This document shows, piece after piece, positions 1-10,543 of a DNA stretch of 64,000 bases. The stretch's first letter is position 1. Each line of letters opens with the position of its first letter. The notes beneath the pieces are model-generated. The model saw only the letters and a list, made by a program, of their open reading frames with translations, made no database searches and was not told where the DNA came from. The stretch covers positions 789-64,788 of the forward strand of contig CACKZK010000006.1 of NCBI GenBank assembly GCA_902604535.1. The letters run 5' to 3'. The translations under genes and the position numbers were made by a program. Source of the DNA: an uncultured SAR86 cluster bacterium. Its GTDB lineage: Bacteria; Pseudomonadota; Gammaproteobacteria; Magnimaribacterales; AG-339-G14.

Positions 1-1
1 T

Positions 2-1141
2 CTGTTAATTCAAATATCTTTAGCATTTATTCTTATAGAGATACCTTTCATATCATCCTTTTTTGACGTAATGAGTATGGCAGTAGAATCATTAAGGTTA
101 TCAGCTATTGAAGGAAGCTCTTTTGTTTTTGGTTATCTTGGAGGAGGGGAAGCACCGTTTGAAGTTTTGAATAATCAGAACTTACCAATTTTTGCATTCA
201 CTTTCTTACCTATGTTAATTTTCTTGTCGGCACTTTCTGCGTTGTTGTGGCATTGGAAAATATTACCTCTTCTTATAAAGGTTTTAGCGAAGTTATTCGA
301 AAGACCCTTAGATGCCAAAGGACCTATTGGATTAGCTGCAACAGCTAATATATTTTTAGGACAATTAGAGGCTCCTTTATTGATAAAGCCTTATTTGAAT
401 AAAATGAATCAGAGAGACTTGCTCATTATTATGACTGTGGGTATGTCGACCATTGCTGGAAGCGTAATGGTTTTATACATAACCTGGCTGGATAATAAAT
501 TTTCAGGAGTTATAGGTCATTTTTTAACTGCATCAATCCTTTCTGTTCCTGCAGCAATAATGTTTTCTAATATATTAATACCTTCCGCTCAAACTGAATT
601 TAAAACTGCTAAAGAAGACTTAAAAATGTATGAGAGTTCAATGGATGCAATAAGCGTTGGAACAAAAGATGGATTAAATATGTTTTTATCCGTAATTGCC
701 TCTCTGATTGTTTTTTTAAGCTTAGTGGCTTTGGCAGATTTTATCTTAGGTATATTTCCTAATGTTTATGGTGAGCCTATATCCCTTCAAAGAATAGCTG
801 CTATTATTTTTGCTCCTATTGCGTGGTTGATGGGTATACCATTTACAGAAATTATTCCTGCTGGAAATCTTTTAGGAACAAAAACAATTTTTAATGAGTT
901 GATTGCCTTCAATGATTTGAGAGATTTAGACACAAATCTGTTGAGTGAAAGAAGTCAGTTAATAATGCTTTATGGCATCTGTGGTTTCGCAAATATTTCT
1001 AGTGTTGGTATCTTATTGGGAGGTCTATCAGCTATATGTCCAGATATACGAGGAACGTTATTAAAAATTGCTTTCAGAGCACTTTTTGCTGCTACACTTG
1101 CCTCTTGCTTAACCGGAACAGTAGTCAGTCTTTTTATTTAA
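2..1141 (+). CDS. Concentrative nucleoside transporter, NupC/CNT family (5' end lies upstream of the window)
   Basis: The frame is open from nt 2 with no stop before the first ATG at 71, so the gene is cut by the window edge. Polytopic membrane protein with CNT C-terminal-domain hallmarks (LGQLEAPLLIKPY, GICGFANISSVGILLGGL). Confidence 0.85.
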   Translation: MLIQISLAFILIEIPFISSFFDVMSMAVESLRLSAIEGSSFVFGYLGGGEAPFEVLNNQNLPIFAFTFLPMLIFLSALSALLWHWKILPLLIKVLAKLFERPLDAKGPIGLAATANIFLGQLEAPLLIKPYLNKMNQRDLLIIMTVGMSTIAGSVMVLYITWLDNKFSGVIGHFLTASILSVPAAIMFSNILIPSAQTEFKTAKEDLKMYESSMDAISVGTKDGLNMFLSVIASLIVFLSLVALADFILGIFPNVYGEPISLQRIAAIIFAPIAWLMGIPFTEIIPAGNLLGTKTIFNELIAFNDLRDLDTNLLSERSQLIMLYGICGFANISSVGILLGGLSAICPDIRGTLLKIAFRALFAATLASCLTGTVVSLFI

Positions 1142-1144
1142 ATT

Positions 1145-2167
1145 ATGGAAATCTTATTTGAGTATTTAATCTTTTTATTAAAAGCACTAACTATAGTCGT
1201 TGCTATCGTTATACCGATCCTAATCATTATTAGTTCAATAAAATCCGGATCAGGTTCTTCTTCCGGAGGTCTAAGTGTTAAAAATCTTTCAACTAAATTT
1301 GCCAACACTGCTGATGATTTAAAACTATCAGTTTTATCAGCAAAAGATAGAAAAGTTTTAGAGAAAAAGATTAAAAAAGAGAGTAAAAATAAAAAAAAGG
1401 AGAAGGTCTCGAGAAAACATATTTTTGTTCTAAATTTCAATGGAGATATTGAGGCATCGCAAGTAGAAGAATTAAGAGAAGAAATATCATCAATCCTTAG
1501 TGCGGATACCAAGTGTCAAGAAGTTGTTTTAAATCTAGAAAGCGGAGGAGGCACAGTTATCGGTTATGGACTTGCAGCTGCTCAATTATCCCGACTCAAG
1601 GACTCAAAAATTAAATTAACTGTTTGCATTGATAAGGTTGCTGCATCCGGTGGATATATGATGGCATGCATCGCAGATAAAATTATTGCCTCTCCCTTTG
1701 CATTAATAGGATCAATAGGAGTTATTGGAGCCGTTCCTAATTTCAATAAATTGCTCAAGAAAAATAATATTGAGTATGAAATGCATACAGCAGGCGAGTA
1801 TAAAAGAACGATAACTATGTTTGGAGAAAATACGGACGAAGGTAGAGAAAAATTTAAGGATGACTTGGCAAACATTCATGAACTGTTTAAAAAACACGTT
1901 GCTAAATATCGTCCATCTTTGGATGTAAATAAAGTTGCAACTGGAGAAGTTTGGCAAGGTATTGAGGCAATTGATGTAGGTTTGGTTGATAAAATACAAA
2001 CAAGTGATTCTTATCTTATAGAACAAAATAAGAAATTTGATATTTTTGAAGTTTCTTTTAAACCTAAAAAAAATATGCAAGATAGATTTTCAAGATTCTT
2101 AAGTTTTTCTATCACAAAGACCATCAATAAAATTTTTGAAAATTTTTCAAAACAAAAATTTATGTAA
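1145..2167 (+). CDS. sohB: Inner-membrane peptidase SohB (peptidase S49 family)
   Basis: Collinear with E. coli SohB from the N-terminal TM (MEILFEYLIFLLK) through the S49 core (DKVAASGGYMMACIADKIIASPFALIGSIGV, HTAGEYKRT). Confidence 0.92.
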   Translation: MEILFEYLIFLLKALTIVVAIVIPILIIISSIKSGSGSSSGGLSVKNLSTKFANTADDLKLSVLSAKDRKVLEKKIKKESKNKKKEKVSRKHIFVLNFNGDIEASQVEELREEISSILSADTKCQEVVLNLESGGGTVIGYGLAAAQLSRLKDSKIKLTVCIDKVAASGGYMMACIADKIIASPFALIGSIGVIGAVPNFNKLLKKNNIEYEMHTAGEYKRTITMFGENTDEGREKFKDDLANIHELFKKHVAKYRPSLDVNKVATGEVWQGIEAIDVGLVDKIQTSDSYLIEQNKKFDIFEVSFKPKKNMQDRFSRFLSFSITKTINKIFENFSKQKFM

Positions 2168-3629
2168 TTAGAAAAAATTGTTTTTCTAATTCATTTAAAG
2201 CTTCTTTCAACTCAACGATGGTTTTCGATCTAGAAAATAGATATTTATCAGGTCTTATTAATAGGTAGCTAGCATCTTCAAAGTAATTTTTAAGATTTAT
2301 AATGTCACTGTTTACGATGAGAACTTTAATATTCATTTTTTTCAACACTGAGTCTATTTCTTTTGGTAATTTTTTTTTAGAAATTAATCCAAAGTTCCAA
2401 CCAAAGTATTCATCGCTATCTTTCTTGGATTGATCTAAATAAAATCTACAAAATGGAGTTGCAATAAGTCCATCAGATGGATCTCCATAATATCCTCTTG
2501 TTAAATGTGGGAAAACTTCGCCATAACCCGTATTGGAAGGAACATATTTTTCTCCTTTTTCTCTGCAAGAAAATTGTTTCATCATTTCCCCAATTATTTT
2601 TGCTTGTTGAATAGTCCAATTTGCATGAGGTACTCTCTCTTGTTGATATGTTTCTAGAATTTTCTCTTCAGCCTTATTTTTTATCACTAAATAAATTTTC
2701 CACGCTAAATTAAATGCGTCTCTTACACCCGTACCCATTCCAGCGCCTAGAAAAGGAGGCATTTGATGAGCAGCATCCCCTGCAATAAATATATTTTTAT
2801 CTCTCCATTTATTTGCAATACAGGCATGAAATTTATAAACAACAGCTCTTTCTATTTCACTGTTATTTTTATTTATCCAGGGAGATAATAGCTCCCATAC
2901 TTTTTTCTTTGTGAAGATTTTTTTTGTTTCTCCGTTAAGAAGTTTAAATTCAAATCTTTCATGATTTCTTCTTCCAGGAACATAAGTTTTCAATCGATTA
3001 GGATCACATATTTGTATAACTTCATCTTTAGAAATATCTATTTGTTTTGTTGTATGAGCATCGATAACAATCCAATCTTGATCAAAATCAAAATCAATCA
3101 ACTTTGCTTTGATATGTTTTCTTACAAAACTATTTGCACCATCACAACCTACAAGATATTTACAATAAATTGATGAATCTTTTCCATTATTTCTAATATT
3201 TAATTTAATAGGGTTAGTGTTCTCAATATTTTTTAATTCAGTATTTTCTAAAACTAATAAATTTTTATAGTTTTCATTGTTGTCTCTTATTATGGTTTCA
3301 AGCTCTGGTTGATAAAAAAGAAGAGTAGGGGGCCATCCTAAAATATCTTCTTTTGGAATATCAATCGTTGAATAAGGATTAAATTCTGAATCTGTAAAAT
3401 GAACTTTATTGACTGTTCTTGAATTAGAAATAATTTCAGATGCAATATTAAGAAAATTAAATGTTCTTAGCTGTTCTGAATCAGTATTAATTGCCCTGGC
3501 AGTTGGACTAACTCCCTTAGATTTTTCTATCACAACTACATTGAGCCCAAGCGAGGATAGTAACCCAGATAAAGTTGCGCCAACTGGACCGTAACCAACA
3601 ATTCCAATATCAAAAATTTTGTCAGACAT
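2160..3629 (-). CDS. FAD-dependent aromatic-ring monooxygenase (MhpA/PheA-TfdB-like hydroxylase)
   Basis: N-terminal GxGxxG Rossmann motif (DIGIVGYGPVGA), CDGANS motif and GDAAHQMPPFLGAGMGTGVRDAFNLAWK FAD motif. Substrate not inferable. Confidence 0.8.
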   Translation of the reverse strand: MSDKIFDIGIVGYGPVGATLSGLLSSLGLNVVVIEKSKGVSPTARAINTDSEQLRTFNFLNIASEIISNSRTVNKVHFTDSEFNPYSTIDIPKEDILGWPPTLLFYQPELETIIRDNNENYKNLLVLENTELKNIENTNPIKLNIRNNGKDSSIYCKYLVGCDGANSFVRKHIKAKLIDFDFDQDWIVIDAHTTKQIDISKDEVIQICDPNRLKTYVPGRRNHERFEFKLLNGETKKIFTKKKVWELLSPWINKNNSEIERAVVYKFHACIANKWRDKNIFIAGDAAHQMPPFLGAGMGTGVRDAFNLAWKIYLVIKNKAEEKILETYQQERVPHANWTIQQAKIIGEMMKQFSCREKGEKYVPSNTGYGEVFPHLTRGYYGDPSDGLIATPFCRFYLDQSKKDSDEYFGWNFGLISKKKLPKEIDSVLKKMNIKVLIVNSDIINLKNYFEDASYLLIRPDKYLFSRSKTIVELKEALNELEKQFFLIT

Positions 3630-3652
3630 TTAAAATATTTTAGAATAAAAAG

Positions 3653-4624
3653 ATGATAAAAGTTATAGATGTTGCATATCCTATTTTGCAAGTACCAAGT
3701 TTAAATAAACAGGAAGAATTTCTTAAAGATTTTGGATTAGTGACTGCAAAAAAAACTAATACTGAGCTTTATATGCAAGGTCTAGGGCCACATAAATTTA
3801 TACATAAAACTATTAAAGGAAAAAAGAAATTTGTTGGTTCTGCTTTTTACGCAAAATCTATTAACGATTTAAATAAATTATCTAAAACAGAAGATTTTAG
3901 CGAAGTAAAAAAATTAAAATCCCCCGGAGGTGGTTTTGTGGTTGAAGCCTTTGATCCGGATGGTTTGAAAGTTGAAGTAATATTTGGTATGTCAAAGAAA
4001 AAATTTAACAAGAAAGACCTCATTGCCGAACCTTTTAATTCTGGAGGAATTGGAAAAGAAACTAGCCCAAGAAAAAATCAGCCAAGAAGAGTGGGAAAGC
4101 CTCGAAGTTCTAAAATAAAAAAACTGGGTCATCTAGCAATCAACGTTAATGATCCATCCGTTTCTTTTGATTGGTACAACAAATATTTAGGTCTTATTCC
4201 TTCAGATAAGGTGGAATTAGGTAAAGACTCTGGTATTTACGTGGCTCTGTTTTGTAGATGTGACCTAGGAAAAAAATTAACTGATCATCATTCGTTTCTT
4301 TTGCAAAGTAATCTTTCATCAGACCTTAAAAGTGGATTAAATCATTGTGCCTATGAAGTCGTTGAAGTTGATGACATTTTTTTAGGTCATGAAGTTCTTA
4401 AAGATAAAAGTTATAGGCATGAATGGGGTATAGGAAGACACTTTGCAGGTAGTCAAATTTTTGATTATTGGCGTTCTCCTTACGGTCACGTTCATGAACA
4501 TCAAACTGATGGAGACTTATTTGATAACCAAGCAAAACCTGGAGTAATTGATATTTCAGAAGCTGCAGGAATGCAATGGGGACCAGATATTACTAAGACA
4601 TTTGGTAACTCTGAAGGAGTCTAG
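3653..4624 (+). CDS. Two-domain VOC-superfamily extradiol ring-cleavage dioxygenase-like protein
   Basis: Two glyoxalase/extradiol-like modules. The C-terminal module has His/His/Glu-type candidates (LGHLAINV, HHSFLL, NHCAYEV). Divergently paired with the monooxygenase. Confidence 0.65.
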   Translation: MIKVIDVAYPILQVPSLNKQEEFLKDFGLVTAKKTNTELYMQGLGPHKFIHKTIKGKKKFVGSAFYAKSINDLNKLSKTEDFSEVKKLKSPGGGFVVEAFDPDGLKVEVIFGMSKKKFNKKDLIAEPFNSGGIGKETSPRKNQPRRVGKPRSSKIKKLGHLAINVNDPSVSFDWYNKYLGLIPSDKVELGKDSGIYVALFCRCDLGKKLTDHHSFLLQSNLSSDLKSGLNHCAYEVVEVDDIFLGHEVLKDKSYRHEWGIGRHFAGSQIFDYWRSPYGHVHEHQTDGDLFDNQAKPGVIDISEAAGMQWGPDITKTFGNSEGV

Positions 4625-4637
4625 TTGGATCTTAAGA

Positions 4638-5018
4638 ATGAAATATTTGATTTTTCTTTTGTTCACACCTTTTATTTTTTCAATGGACATGAAGTTGAAT
4701 TGTGAGAATGTTCAAAGTGTCCATTATGAGAAAGGAAAAAAAACAATTGACCAAGTCAGGATGGTATTAATTTACGAAATAGACTTTAAAAAAAATGAAA
4801 TTTTGAAATATCCTCAAAAATTTAAACTAACACCTTTGAAATACAAAATTACTGGAAAGAGTAAAAAATTTATTAAAGCTAACAAAAAAATTGCTAATTT
4901 AAATAATTCTTACGGTAACTGGAATTTGATGCTAGATATTGAAAAAGGAGAGTTAAAGGAAATATTTGATTCAGGTAAGCATAAAAGTCAAATCACATAT
5001 AGATGTCTGACCTATTGA
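4638..5018 (+). CDS. Hypothetical small secreted Lys-rich protein
   Basis: The track ORF starts at 4548 inside the preceding gene. The in-frame ATG at 4638 gives a signal-peptide-like N-terminus (MKYLIFLLFTPFIFS). No family recognised. Confidence 0.5.
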   Translation: MKYLIFLLFTPFIFSMDMKLNCENVQSVHYEKGKKTIDQVRMVLIYEIDFKKNEILKYPQKFKLTPLKYKITGKSKKFIKANKKIANLNNSYGNWNLMLDIEKGELKEIFDSGKHKSQITYRCLTY

Positions 5019-5020
5019 AT

Positions 5021-5641
5021 CTAATTTGTTCTAGCTGTACCCCAATAGTTGAATCCAGCAATTCTAGGTGTACCAGGAAGGAACATAGTCTCTAAATCAA
5101 CTATTTCTAACTTAGAGTTAGAAATAATTTCCGGAATATCTCTATTTATATTGCATCCTCCCATTAATTTTTTCCAAATAGGATTAATTCTATTTTGCCA
5201 TTTCTTTGTTTTGAGGTCTGGAGCAATCCCATGTTCACAAAAAAATAGAGTTCCGTCATCCTTAATAACCCTTCTTATTTCTTTCATAGAGTCGTCTAAA
5301 TTTTCTATAGAACACAAGGTATAGGTAACTAAAATTGAATCAAAAGATTTTGATTCTAGAGGGATCTCTTCTGCACCGCAGTTCAAAACATCAATATTAA
5401 GATCTAATTCAGAGATTCTCCTTTTTGCAATATCAGTTAATTCCTCAGCAGGGTCTAAGGCAGTTATTTTACTTATATTTGATGCCTTGTAGTGAGGAAG
5501 ATTCAAACCAGAACCAATTCCTATTTCAAGAACATTCCCACTTACTTGTGGAACAACTTTTCTTCTTTGGTAGTTAATAGGAGATGATCCACAAAGCAAA
5601 TCAAGCACTTTAGGTAGTATTTTTTTTTCGTAAAAACTCAT
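5021..5641 (-). CDS. Class I SAM-dependent methyltransferase
   Basis: SAM-binding motif I VLEIGIGSGLN, followed by an acidic residue after beta-2 (ALDPAEE) and a Methyltransf_11-like core. Confidence 0.8.
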   Translation of the reverse strand: MSFYEKKILPKVLDLLCGSSPINYQRRKVVPQVSGNVLEIGIGSGLNLPHYKASNISKITALDPAEELTDIAKRRISELDLNIDVLNCGAEEIPLESKSFDSILVTYTLCSIENLDDSMKEIRRVIKDDGTLFFCEHGIAPDLKTKKWQNRINPIWKKLMGGCNINRDIPEIISNSKLEIVDLETMFLPGTPRIAGFNYWGTARTN

Positions 5642-5676
5642 TATTTCAATTATATTGTATTTTTATCATTTTAGAG

Positions 5677-6255
5677 TTGGCTAAATTATATTTTAATTAT
5701 TCATCCATGAATGCTGGTAAATCAACAGCATTGCTTCAGGCAAGTCATAATTATCAAGAAAGGGGTATGAATACATTGATAATTACTTCTAAAAAAGATG
5801 ATAGAGGCGGGCAAGGAAACATTACTTCAAGAATAGGTCTTTCTAAGAAAGCTGAAGTATTTGATGAAAATACAAATTTATTTGAACTTTTTAAGACTTC
5901 ATCGAAAGTAAAAAAAATTGCTTGTGTCTTAATAGATGAAGCTCAATTTCTAAAAAAGAAGCAAATTAAAGAAATATCTTCAATCGTAGATGATTTTGAT
6001 GTTCCTGTTTTAACGTTTGGTATAAGGACGGATTTTCAGGGAAAATTATTTGAAGGAAGTAAATATCTTTTAGCTTGGGCAGATAACATAAAAGAAATTA
6101 AGACGATTTGCTGGTGTGGAAGAAAGGCTACAATGATTGTTAGAGTTTCTGAAGATGGAAAAATCATTGAAAAAGGTGATCAGATTCTAATAGGCGGAAA
6201 CGAAACTTATATTTCCTTGTGCAGGAAACACTTTTTTTCAAAATCTATTAGATAA
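5677..6255 (+). CDS. tdk: Thymidine kinase
   Basis: TTG start. Aligns from residue 1 with E. coli Tdk (MAKLYFNYSSMNAGKSTALLQ; DEAQFL; TICWCGRKAT; CRKH zinc ligands). Confidence 0.95.
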   Translation: MAKLYFNYSSMNAGKSTALLQASHNYQERGMNTLIITSKKDDRGGQGNITSRIGLSKKAEVFDENTNLFELFKTSSKVKKIACVLIDEAQFLKKKQIKEISSIVDDFDVPVLTFGIRTDFQGKLFEGSKYLLAWADNIKEIKTICWCGRKATMIVRVSEDGKIIEKGDQILIGGNETYISLCRKHFFSKSIR

Positions 6256-6263
6256 AATTATTT

Positions 6264-7040
6264 ATGTCAAAGATCAGAATATTCTCATATTTACCAAACC
6301 CAAGAGTCTGGAAAGCTGTTATTGCTGGAAAATTATGTAATGTTGAAGTCGAGGTTATTGGCGATAAACCAAGAAATCTTCCGAACTGGATTTGGGATTA
6401 TGATGCAAGAATTTTAGAAGAAGAGGAAAAACAAAACAGCCCTCATAAATTAGAAGGCAAAAGAGGCTTCACTGGTAATCTATTCAAAACATCCGAATTC
6501 CTAAATCAACACCCCTTCGGAACTGTACCTGCCGCTTTTGTTGGAGAAAATAAAATAGGAGTTTTTGAATCCAATAGTATTATGAGAGCAGTAACCAGAA
6601 TGAGCTCTTCAACAGAATTATACGGGGGTAATGATTCTTCATTAAGTTCCAGGATTGATAGTTTTTTAGATGCAAATCTAGTTTTTTCAAGAGAACATCA
6701 AGTTTATATTTTATCGATTGAAAATTTGAATTCTTATACTTATGACAGAATGAAATCTGCATACGAATTTTATTTAGACGGAATAGAACTTTCTTTGTCT
6801 AATAATAAATATATTGCCGGCAACAAGCTATCCCTTGCAGATATTTCATTTGTTTGTGATTTTTCTCAATTTTTGCGAGAGGGTCATTATGAGGAGTCAC
6901 TTGCTAAACAAGGTTATAAAATAATCTCAAAAAAAATAAAAATTTCACATCCTAAGACCATTCATCACTTGATAGAGCTATCAGAAAGAAATGAATTTTC
7001 ATCTGTTATGGGATCTTATTTAGAATGGTTTAAAAAATAG
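6264..7040 (+). CDS. Glutathione S-transferase family protein
   Basis: Thioredoxin-like N-domain with the cis-Pro/ES motif (GTVPAAF, VFESNSIMR) and a GST C-domain (SLADISF). An insertion is present in the N-domain. Confidence 0.7.
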   Translation: MSKIRIFSYLPNPRVWKAVIAGKLCNVEVEVIGDKPRNLPNWIWDYDARILEEEEKQNSPHKLEGKRGFTGNLFKTSEFLNQHPFGTVPAAFVGENKIGVFESNSIMRAVTRMSSSTELYGGNDSSLSSRIDSFLDANLVFSREHQVYILSIENLNSYTYDRMKSAYEFYLDGIELSLSNNKYIAGNKLSLADISFVCDFSQFLREGHYEESLAKQGYKIISKKIKISHPKTIHHLIELSERNEFSSVMGSYLEWFKK

Positions 7041-7041
7041 G

Positions 7042-8502
7042 TTACTCAAATCCAGGCGGGATTCTAAAACCCCCTCGAATATCTCTAATCATTTTTGACA
7101 CTTCGATACAGGTTAAATCATGAAGATGTGGACCTATGACTTGGAGATTAACTGGTAAACCCTCTTTTGTTAATCCAATCGGCACGCTTGTACTTGGAAG
7201 ATTAGCCATTACAACAGGACCAGCCCATATAGTAGTATGCCAGTATTGTTTTTCTTTTCCATTTACAGTAATTGTTCTGTCAATTAATGGAGCATGATTA
7301 TGTTTAATAGCTGGAACTGCGCATACAGGAGATAGCATCACATCGTATTCATTAAAAAACTTCTGCCATTTCTGCTTGATGAAATGCCTTCTAGCATTAT
7401 TGACAACATAATCACGAGCTCTCAATGAAGTACCTCTCGCAATTTTAGCTAGCTCAGAAAAATCTTCATCTTTTAGATCCAAGGCAAGTGCGTCTATAGA
7501 TGCAAGAGTCTCTTTATCGCCCCCTGCTGACATGACTGGATGGACGAGTTTGCTGTAAATATCATCAACTTGATCAAAGGTAAATGGGGGAGAGACCATC
7601 TCAACCTGAGCTCCAGCTGATCTCAAATCTTCAGCTGTCTCATTTATGAGTTTTCTTATTTGTTCATCAATTTCTGCGGATTCCTCTTCAGGCCAAACAG
7701 CAACTTTCAATTTCTTTATATCATTAATTTTTGGTTCAGGTAACTTTATGCTCCAAGCAATACTATCTTGAGCTTGTGGAGCAGCTAATACCTTCATTGC
7801 AATCTCAAGATCTTCTGGACTCCTAGCTAAAGGCCCTGCAACTGATAGTCCATTTCCAGTGAGAATAAATCCTGGTGGCGGAGGTAAATGTCCTACCTCA
7901 GAAACGATATTATAAGTAGGTTTATGACCATAAACTCCACAAAAATGAGCTGGAGTTCTGATTGATCCCCCTATATCTGACCCTAACTCTAATGGAGACA
8001 TGCCAGCTGCAAGAGATGCAGCAGATCCCCCAGATGAACCCCCAGGAGTTCGTTCTAAATCCCATGGATTATTAGATACCCCATAAATTTCATTGTAACT
8101 TTGAATATCTGCAGAATGATAAGGAACATTTGTTTTTCCAAAAATGATAGCTCCGGCATTAACTAAATGTTGGACCGCTTCTGCATTCTTTTCTGGAATA
8201 TTATTTTTCCAATCTGGATCACCTCCGGTAGAAACTAAACCTTCTACCTCATAAGCATCTTTTATGGTCATTGGAATTCCATGCAAAGGACCTAACGATT
8301 TTCCTTGCTTAGTAAGTTCGTCGGCTTTTTTAGCCTTTTCCAAAGCTCTATCAGCATCGAGTGCTACAACTGCATTTATCTGAGAATTTTTATCGTTAAT
8401 TCTCCTTAGTAGGCTATCTAATATTTCTACTGAAGAAACTTCTTTTTTTTGAATTAACTTTACTAATTCAGTTACAGTTTTATAAATCATTGAATCTCCC
8501 AA
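7042..8502 (-). CDS. Amidase (amidase-signature family)
   Basis: AS signature GGSSGGSAASLAAG plus GSDIGGSIRTPA and catalytic Lys context (IPMTIKD). Confidence 0.9.
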   Translation of the reverse strand: MGDSMIYKTVTELVKLIQKKEVSSVEILDSLLRRINDKNSQINAVVALDADRALEKAKKADELTKQGKSLGPLHGIPMTIKDAYEVEGLVSTGGDPDWKNNIPEKNAEAVQHLVNAGAIIFGKTNVPYHSADIQSYNEIYGVSNNPWDLERTPGGSSGGSAASLAAGMSPLELGSDIGGSIRTPAHFCGVYGHKPTYNIVSEVGHLPPPPGFILTGNGLSVAGPLARSPEDLEIAMKVLAAPQAQDSIAWSIKLPEPKINDIKKLKVAVWPEEESAEIDEQIRKLINETAEDLRSAGAQVEMVSPPFTFDQVDDIYSKLVHPVMSAGGDKETLASIDALALDLKDEDFSELAKIARGTSLRARDYVVNNARRHFIKQKWQKFFNEYDVMLSPVCAVPAIKHNHAPLIDRTITVNGKEKQYWHTTIWAGPVVMANLPSTSVPIGLTKEGLPVNLQVIGPHLHDLTCIEVSKMIRDIRGGFRIPPGFE

Positions 8503-8574
8503 TATTCATTGATATGAATTTTTATCATATTGATTATTCATTTTCTTTATGTCAATTTATCTTTGAGGTTTTTT

Positions 8575-9621
8575 ATGGAAGAAAGAATTAGAGCAGCTTG
8601 GCAAGGAAGAATTTCAGGATGTCTACTGGGTAAACCGTTGGAGATGTTATCAATGAGAGAGGGGTTCGATTCATTACAAAAATATTTAAAAGAGGCAAAA
8701 TCTTTACCTTTAAGAGATTATGTAAACTATATAGAAAACTCTAACATTAGAGGTGTTGCTCTTCATTGCTGTAAAAATCGAATATCTAAAGCTGAAATTG
8801 ATGACGATATAACTTACACAGTACTGGCATTGATGATGCTTGAAGAATATGGACTTGATTTAACAACAGATGATGTAGCCCGATTCTGGATAAACATGTT
8901 ACCTGCTGGTGCCACTTTTACTGCTGAAAGAGAGGCGTATTTAACAATTCTTGAAAATATGAATTTTAGTTATCAATTTGGAGGTGAAAGAGATTTTGAT
9001 CTCAACATAGCAAGCGATAATAAATTTAATGATTGGATTGGAGCTCAAATAAGAATAGATATGTATGGATGGACTCTTCCAGGCAAACCTGAGAAAGCTG
9101 CTCAACTTGCGAGAACTGATGCACAGTTATCTCATAGAGGATGTGCAATTGAATGCTCAGCATTTATTGCAGCTTTGGCAGCTACTATTCCATCCGTTGA
9201 TGGAAGAAAAAAAGCTGTAGCAGAAGCCCTTAAATTTATTGATCAAGACTCTTCTGCATTTGATGCAGTTCAAATAGGTATTAAAAATACCAATAAGGAT
9301 ATTAAAGAAATTTTAAAAAAATATAAAAGCATGTCACCTGTTCATAGTTTAAATAATCTAGCTGTTGTTATATGGGCATTTCTTAGTTTTTCAGAATCTT
9401 TTGATCAAGCTGTTGGAGAAGCTGTAGCAGCAGGATGGGATACAGATTGCAATGGAGCTACTGTAGGAGGTTTGGTCGGTCTTGCTGATTGTAATGTTCC
9501 TGAAAAATGGCACTCGCCATGGAATGGCAAAGTTAATACAGCCATTGCAGGTTTAGGAGAGCTTAGCCTTGAAGATTTGATCCAAAGAACCATAAGAGTT
9601 ACAGAAAAGTTCAATAATTAG
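8575..9621 (+). CDS. ADP-ribosylglycohydrolase family protein
   Basis: DDDITYT and GWDTDCNGATVGGLVG metal-binding motifs typical of the ARH/DraG family. ATG at 8575 preferred over the track start 8530 because it is preceded by GAGG. Confidence 0.85.
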   Translation: MEERIRAAWQGRISGCLLGKPLEMLSMREGFDSLQKYLKEAKSLPLRDYVNYIENSNIRGVALHCCKNRISKAEIDDDITYTVLALMMLEEYGLDLTTDDVARFWINMLPAGATFTAEREAYLTILENMNFSYQFGGERDFDLNIASDNKFNDWIGAQIRIDMYGWTLPGKPEKAAQLARTDAQLSHRGCAIECSAFIAALAATIPSVDGRKKAVAEALKFIDQDSSAFDAVQIGIKNTNKDIKEILKKYKSMSPVHSLNNLAVVIWAFLSFSESFDQAVGEAVAAGWDTDCNGATVGGLVGLADCNVPEKWHSPWNGKVNTAIAGLGELSLEDLIQRTIRVTEKFNN

Positions 9622-9623
9622 GT

Positions 9624-10532
9624 ATGGCAAAAGTAATTGTTTTTGGCGGTATAAACATGGATTTATTTGCATATATTCCTAGATCTACTCGCCAAGGAGA
9701 AACTATTACTGCATCATCCATTGAATTCTATTTGGGAGGAAAAGGAGCTAATCAAGCAGTCGCAGCAGCAAGATTAGGAGCTGAAGTAGCCTTTGTTGGA
9801 ACTGTCGGTAAGGATGAATTTGGAGAGAAGTTAATTAAAATGATTTCATCTGAAAATATCGATACTTCTCTTATGAATTACAAAGAAGGACAAACCGGGA
9901 CTGCGTTGATAAACGTATTAGAAAACTCTAATAATGAAGTAATTTCATATCCCGGAGCAAATAAATTGACTCAAGATACGTTTATAAATGAAAGTTTTTT
10001 ATCTGAAGCCGAAATTATTATTTGTCAAATGGAAGTGAATGAAGAGGAAACTTTTAATTTATTCAAAAGGGCTAAAAAAAATAATTGCACAACTATTTTA
10101 AATCTTGCACCTTACAAAAAAATAATCACAGAGATACTGACATTTACAGATGTCTTAATAGTTAATGAAACAGAATTTTCAGAGCTTTCTGGGATTGAAC
10201 TCAGTTTGATTAATGAAGATCTAGACATAGATGCTATTAACTCTCTTAAATTAATTAAATCTATTGATTTAATTATTACGTTAGGAAAAAGAGGTGTTTT
10301 GATATTTTCGAAAGGTAATAAAACCTTTATAGCTGGAGAAAAGGTTATGGCTATTGATACTGTCGGAGCAGGCGATTGCTTTGTAGGTGCTCTTGGTTAT
10401 GGGATTTTGAACGGTAAGGATTTATTGACTGCTAGTAAGTTGGCAAACAAAGCTGCTAGTATTTCAGTAATCAAAAAAGGAGCTGCCGCCTCTATGCCTT
10501 TCTTAAAAGACATACCTGATTTATATCATTGA
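9624..10532 (+). CDS. rbsK: Ribokinase (PfkB family)
   Basis: VFGGINMDL, GGKGANQAVAAARLG and DTVGAGDCFVGAL match ribokinase signature motifs. Confidence 0.8.
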   Translation: MAKVIVFGGINMDLFAYIPRSTRQGETITASSIEFYLGGKGANQAVAAARLGAEVAFVGTVGKDEFGEKLIKMISSENIDTSLMNYKEGQTGTALINVLENSNNEVISYPGANKLTQDTFINESFLSEAEIIICQMEVNEEETFNLFKRAKKNNCTTILNLAPYKKIITEILTFTDVLIVNETEFSELSGIELSLINEDLDIDAINSLKLIKSIDLIITLGKRGVLIFSKGNKTFIAGEKVMAIDTVGAGDCFVGALGYGILNGKDLLTASKLANKAASISVIKKGAAASMPFLKDIPDLYH

Positions 10533-10543
10533 GAGAAAAAAAT

